A stretch of DNA of 64,000 nucleotides from Mustelus asterias (Eukaryota): positions 62,001 through 126,000 of the forward strand of contig NW_027591005.1 of NCBI RefSeq assembly GCF_964213995.1, given 5' to 3'. This document shows positions 60,273 through 64,000 of this stretch, piece by piece; the first letter of the stretch is position 1; each line of letters opens with the position of its first letter. The notes beneath the pieces are model-generated. The model saw nothing but the letters and a program-made list of their open reading frames with translations, was not told the DNA's origin and ran no database searches. The translations under genes were made by a program, and so were the position numbers.

Positions 60273-61069
60273 AACAGAAAATAAGGACATACCAAACAGG
60301 TCAGGCAGCATCTGTGGAGAGAGAAACAGATTCTGGGACCAGGGGGACTGAGAGACAGGCAGATTGAGAAAAATATGCACACACTAACACTCACACAGAC
60401 AGCCTAAAACTAAACAGATATATAATGGAGGAGGAATCCCTTCTCCCTCTGTAAATAGAGATTAACTAGATTTCTCTTCCAAAAAGACAGCACATCTGGA
60501 TGGGCAGAATAGTCTCCAATTCTACCCATGGTCCTTTTCTGATCTCCATTCTTCACATCTGCACACGTTGGCTTCAGCTCCAGTTTGTGAATGAAAGCAA
60601 ACCCCTGTTCATTACAAATCCACTCAGCCTTTTCCCTCTGCTCTCTCCACACACAATCTACAAGACACAAACAGGAAAGATGGATTCCAGGAGAGAAAGG
60701 TCACACCTGATCCTCCTCTCAATGGATTCGCTGTCGCCAGAGAGAACATTCCAGCTCCTACAGAAAGTCACAACTGATTAATGTCAGGGACAGAATTGGA
60801 ATGAATTAGACACAAGAGAGATGAAAGGTTTCTGCTCATCATAAAAAAGCTAAAGAGTCACTCAATGTCATTAAGGGAGAGACCTCGCTGGTCTATCTTT
60901 GACCCAAGTCACACACTGACTCTGAATGTCCTCACAGCAACTTGGGGGATGGACATTTCTAAAGTATTATTCATGGCTTTAGGGTTTCCAAAAGTGTTTC
61001 ACCGACAATGGAGCGCTTTTGAAATGTTGTCAGTGTTATTTAGGAAATAAGCAAACTTTTGACGCCACA

Positions 61070-61660
61070 TGCATTGAGTTTAAAAATTGGCAAGCCATGT
61101 TGCAGCTTTATAGAACCATTGTTAGGCCGCACTTGGAATATAGTGTTCAATTCTGGTCGCCACACTACCAGAAGGATGTGGAGGCTTTGGAGAGGGTACA
61201 GAAAAGATTTACCAGGATGTTGCCTGGTGTGGAGGGCATTAGCTATGAGGAGAGTTTGGAGAAACTTGGTTTTTTCTCACTGGAATGACGGAGGCAAGGG
61301 GGGGTGACCTGATAGAAGTCTACAAGATTATAAGAGGCATGGACAGAGTGGATAGTCAGGAGCTTTTTCCCGGGGTGGAAGAGTCAATTACTAGGGGGCA
61401 CAGGTTTAAGGTGCGAGGGGCAAGGTTTAAAGGAGATGTACAAGGCAAGTTTTTTTACACAGAGGGTGGTGGGTGCCTGGAACTCGCTGCTGGGAGAGGT
61501 AGTGGAAGCAGATACAATAATGAGTTTTAAGGGGCGTCTGGAGAAATACAAGAATAGGATGGGAATAGAGGGATATGGTCCCTGGAAGGGGAGGGGGTTT
61601 TAGTTCACACATGGTTGGTGCAGGCTTGGAGGGCCGAAGGGCCTGTTCTTGTGCTGTAAT
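61070..61660 (+). mobile_element. CR1 LINE 3' end
   Basis: LYRTIVRPHLEYSVQFWSP...DLIEVYKI...TRGHRFK followed by the tail. Confidence 0.9.
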
Positions 61661-61775
61661 TTTCTTTATTCTAATTTCAGAGAGAGATATATACAGATAC
61701 AGAGCCATAGAAAGACAGAAACAGGATGGGATTGTGCTGTACATGTTTCCGAGCTGACATTGAGACACACACGAG

Positions 61776-62430
61776 ATGTACACCAATGATTTGGATGAGG
61801 GAACCAAAAATAATATTTCCAAGTTTGCTGATGCCATGAAACTTGTTGGGAATGTGAGTAGTGAGAAGGATGTTAAAATGTTTCACAGTGACTTCAGAAA
61901 ATTGAGTGAATGGGTAAATGTGTGGCAGATGCTGTATAACGTGGACAAACGTGAATTTAACTACTTCGGACAGAGAAGCAGAATGGCAGAGGATTATTTA
62001 AATGGTGATAGATTGGGAAATGTTGATATACAAAGGGACCTGGGTGTCCCAGTACACCAGAGACTGAAAGCAAGCATGCAGCTACAGCAAACAGTTAGGA
62101 AGGCAAATGATATGTTGGCCTTCATTGCAAGAGAACTTGAGGAAAGGAGCAAGGATGTCTTACTGCAGCTGTACAGGCCCTCGGTGAGACCACACCTGGA
62201 ATATTGTGTACAGTTTTTGTCTCTGAAACTATGAAATGCTGCACTTACCATAGAGGGAGAGCAGCGGAGGCACACCAGACTGATTCCTGGGATGGCAGGA
62301 TTGTCGTATGAGGAGAGATTGAGTCGACTGGGCCTGTATTCACTGGAGTTCCGAAGAATGAGAGGGGATCGAATTGAAATGTATAAATTCTGACCGGGTT
62401 GGACTGACTGAATACAGGGATGTTGTTTCC
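61776..62430 (+). mobile_element. CR1 LINE RT fragment
   Basis: ISKFAD...WQMLYNVDK...RPHLEYCVQF. Confidence 0.88.
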
Positions 62431-62619
62431 TCCAGCTGAGGGGCTGAGGGGGTGGGGAGAGGGGCGGGGGGGCGGGGGGAGAGGCTGGAACAAGGGGTCA
62501 CAGATGGTGAAACTTTGCAATATGTTTAATCTGTAGAAACCTATCCATCTCAGTCTGTGAACGATGACTGAGCCTCCACAGCCCTCTGGGATAGGGAATT
62601 CCAAAGATTTACCATCCTA

Positions 62620-63195
62620 GAAGCACATGGAATTCAGGAAAACTTGGCGAGATGGATCCGAAACTGAGTTAGTAATTGGACACAAAGGGTGGTGTTGGAA
62701 GGCTGTTTGAGTGGCTGGAGGCCGGTGTCCAGTGGTGCACCACAAGGCTCCATGCTGGGGGGCTCATTGTTGTTATACATAAATGAGACAGATGATAATG
62801 CGGGGGCAATGATAAGCAAGGTTCCAGATGACACCAAGATTGGTAGGATGGTTAATAGTGAAGAAGGTTGTAGGTTACAGGAAGATATCGCTGGGTTGGT
62901 CAGATAGGCAGAGCAGTGGCAGATGGTATTTGACCCTGATACGTGCGAGGTGATGCACTTTGGAAGCAGTAACAAGGCAAGGGAGTATTTAATGAGTTGC
63001 AGGACACTGGGAAGCTCAGAGGAACATATGGATCTTGGGCAATTATTCACAGATCCCTGAAGGCAGCAGAGCAGGTGAATCAAGTGGTAAAGAAGGCAGA
63101 TGAGACACTTGCTTTTATCAGTCATGGCGCAGAGTAGAAGAGCAAAGAGTTAATGTTGGAGTTGTACAGAGCGTTGGTTAGGCCACAGCTGGAGT
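62620..63195 (+). mobile_element. CR1 LINE RT fragment (degenerate)
   Basis: WRPVSSGAPQGSMLG...SKVPDDTKIG. Confidence 0.82.
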
Positions 63196-63972
63196 AACTA
63201 GTGGCGTGCCGCAGGGATCGGTACTGGGGCCTCAACTATTTACCATTTATATAGACGATCCGGAGGAGGGGACTGAGTGTAGGGTAACAAAGTTTGCAGA
63301 CGACACAAAGATAAGTGGAAAAGTGAATCGTGCGGAGGGCGTAGAAGGTCTGCAGAGAGATTTGGACAGGCTGAGTGAGTGGGCGAGGATCTGGCAGATG
63401 GAGTATAACGTTGACAAATGCGAGTTGATTCACTTTGGAGGAAATAATAGCAAATTGGATTATTATCTAAATGGACAAAAATTACAACATGCTGCTGTGC
63501 AAAGGGACCTGGGGGCCCTTGTGCATGAGACGCAAAAACCCAGTCTGCAGGTGCAACAGGTGATCAAGAAGGCAAATGGGATGTTGGCCTATATCGCAAG
63601 GGGGATAGAATATAAAAGCAGATATGTCTTGCTGCATCTGTACAGGGCATTGGTGAGGCCGCAGCTGGAATACTGTGTGCAGTATTGGTCCCCTTATTTG
63701 CGGAAGGATATATTGGCCTTGGAGGGAGTGCAGAGAAGGTTCACCAGGTTGATACCGGAGATGAGGGGTGTTGATTATAAGGAGAGACTGAGCAGATTGG
63801 GTTTGTACTCGTTGGAATTTAGAAGGCTGAGGGAGGGATCTTATGGAGACCTATAAGATAATGAAGGGGCTGGGTAGGGTAGAGGTGGAGAGATTCTTTC
63901 CACTTAGAAAGGAAGCTAGAACTAGAGGGCACAGCCTCAAAATAAAGGGGGGTCAGTTTAGGACAGAGTTGA
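63196..63972 (+). mobile_element. CR1 LINE RT fragment (younger, 216-aa open frame)
   Basis: PQGSVLGPQLFTIYIDD...KFADDTK...RPQLEYCVQYWSP; an (AACATAG)n tail of another element follows at the window end. Confidence 0.92.
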
Positions 63973-64000
63973 ACATAGAACATAGAACATAGAACATTAC

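Overview
Vertebrate, almost certainly shark (cartilaginous fish), genomic DNA: it carries HE1-like tRNA-derived SINEs, CR1, Rex1/Babar, Tx1 and Penelope elements, and shark-type immunoglobulin sequence. Nearly all ORFs in the supplied track are artefacts of repeats. The main content is a ~13 kb minus-strand antigen-receptor island (about 32.27-45.15 kb). It holds one pseudogene and one intact IgM-heavy-chain-like V segment (leader, V exon, 23-RSS), one 12/23-flanked D segment of TCR-delta type, and three FGxG-type J segments with 12-RSS, one of which has CGGG instead of FGxG. Antibody VH-type V genes are therefore positioned to recombine with T-cell-receptor D/J segments. No constant exon is visible in the 32 kb downstream. 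Other content: a 14.8 kb (GA/GT) satellite with a 3804-bp higher-order period; a plus-strand array of duplicated, frame-preserving phase-2 exons of unknown identity, whose introns carry alternately flipped ~25-bp segments; a G9CAATTC tandem repeat; a minimal hammerhead ribozyme in a Penelope fragment; a 5'-only Tx1 LINE; an RFX/YY1 CpG-rich promoter-like block; a 52-bp minisatellite; and a 181-N assembly gap.
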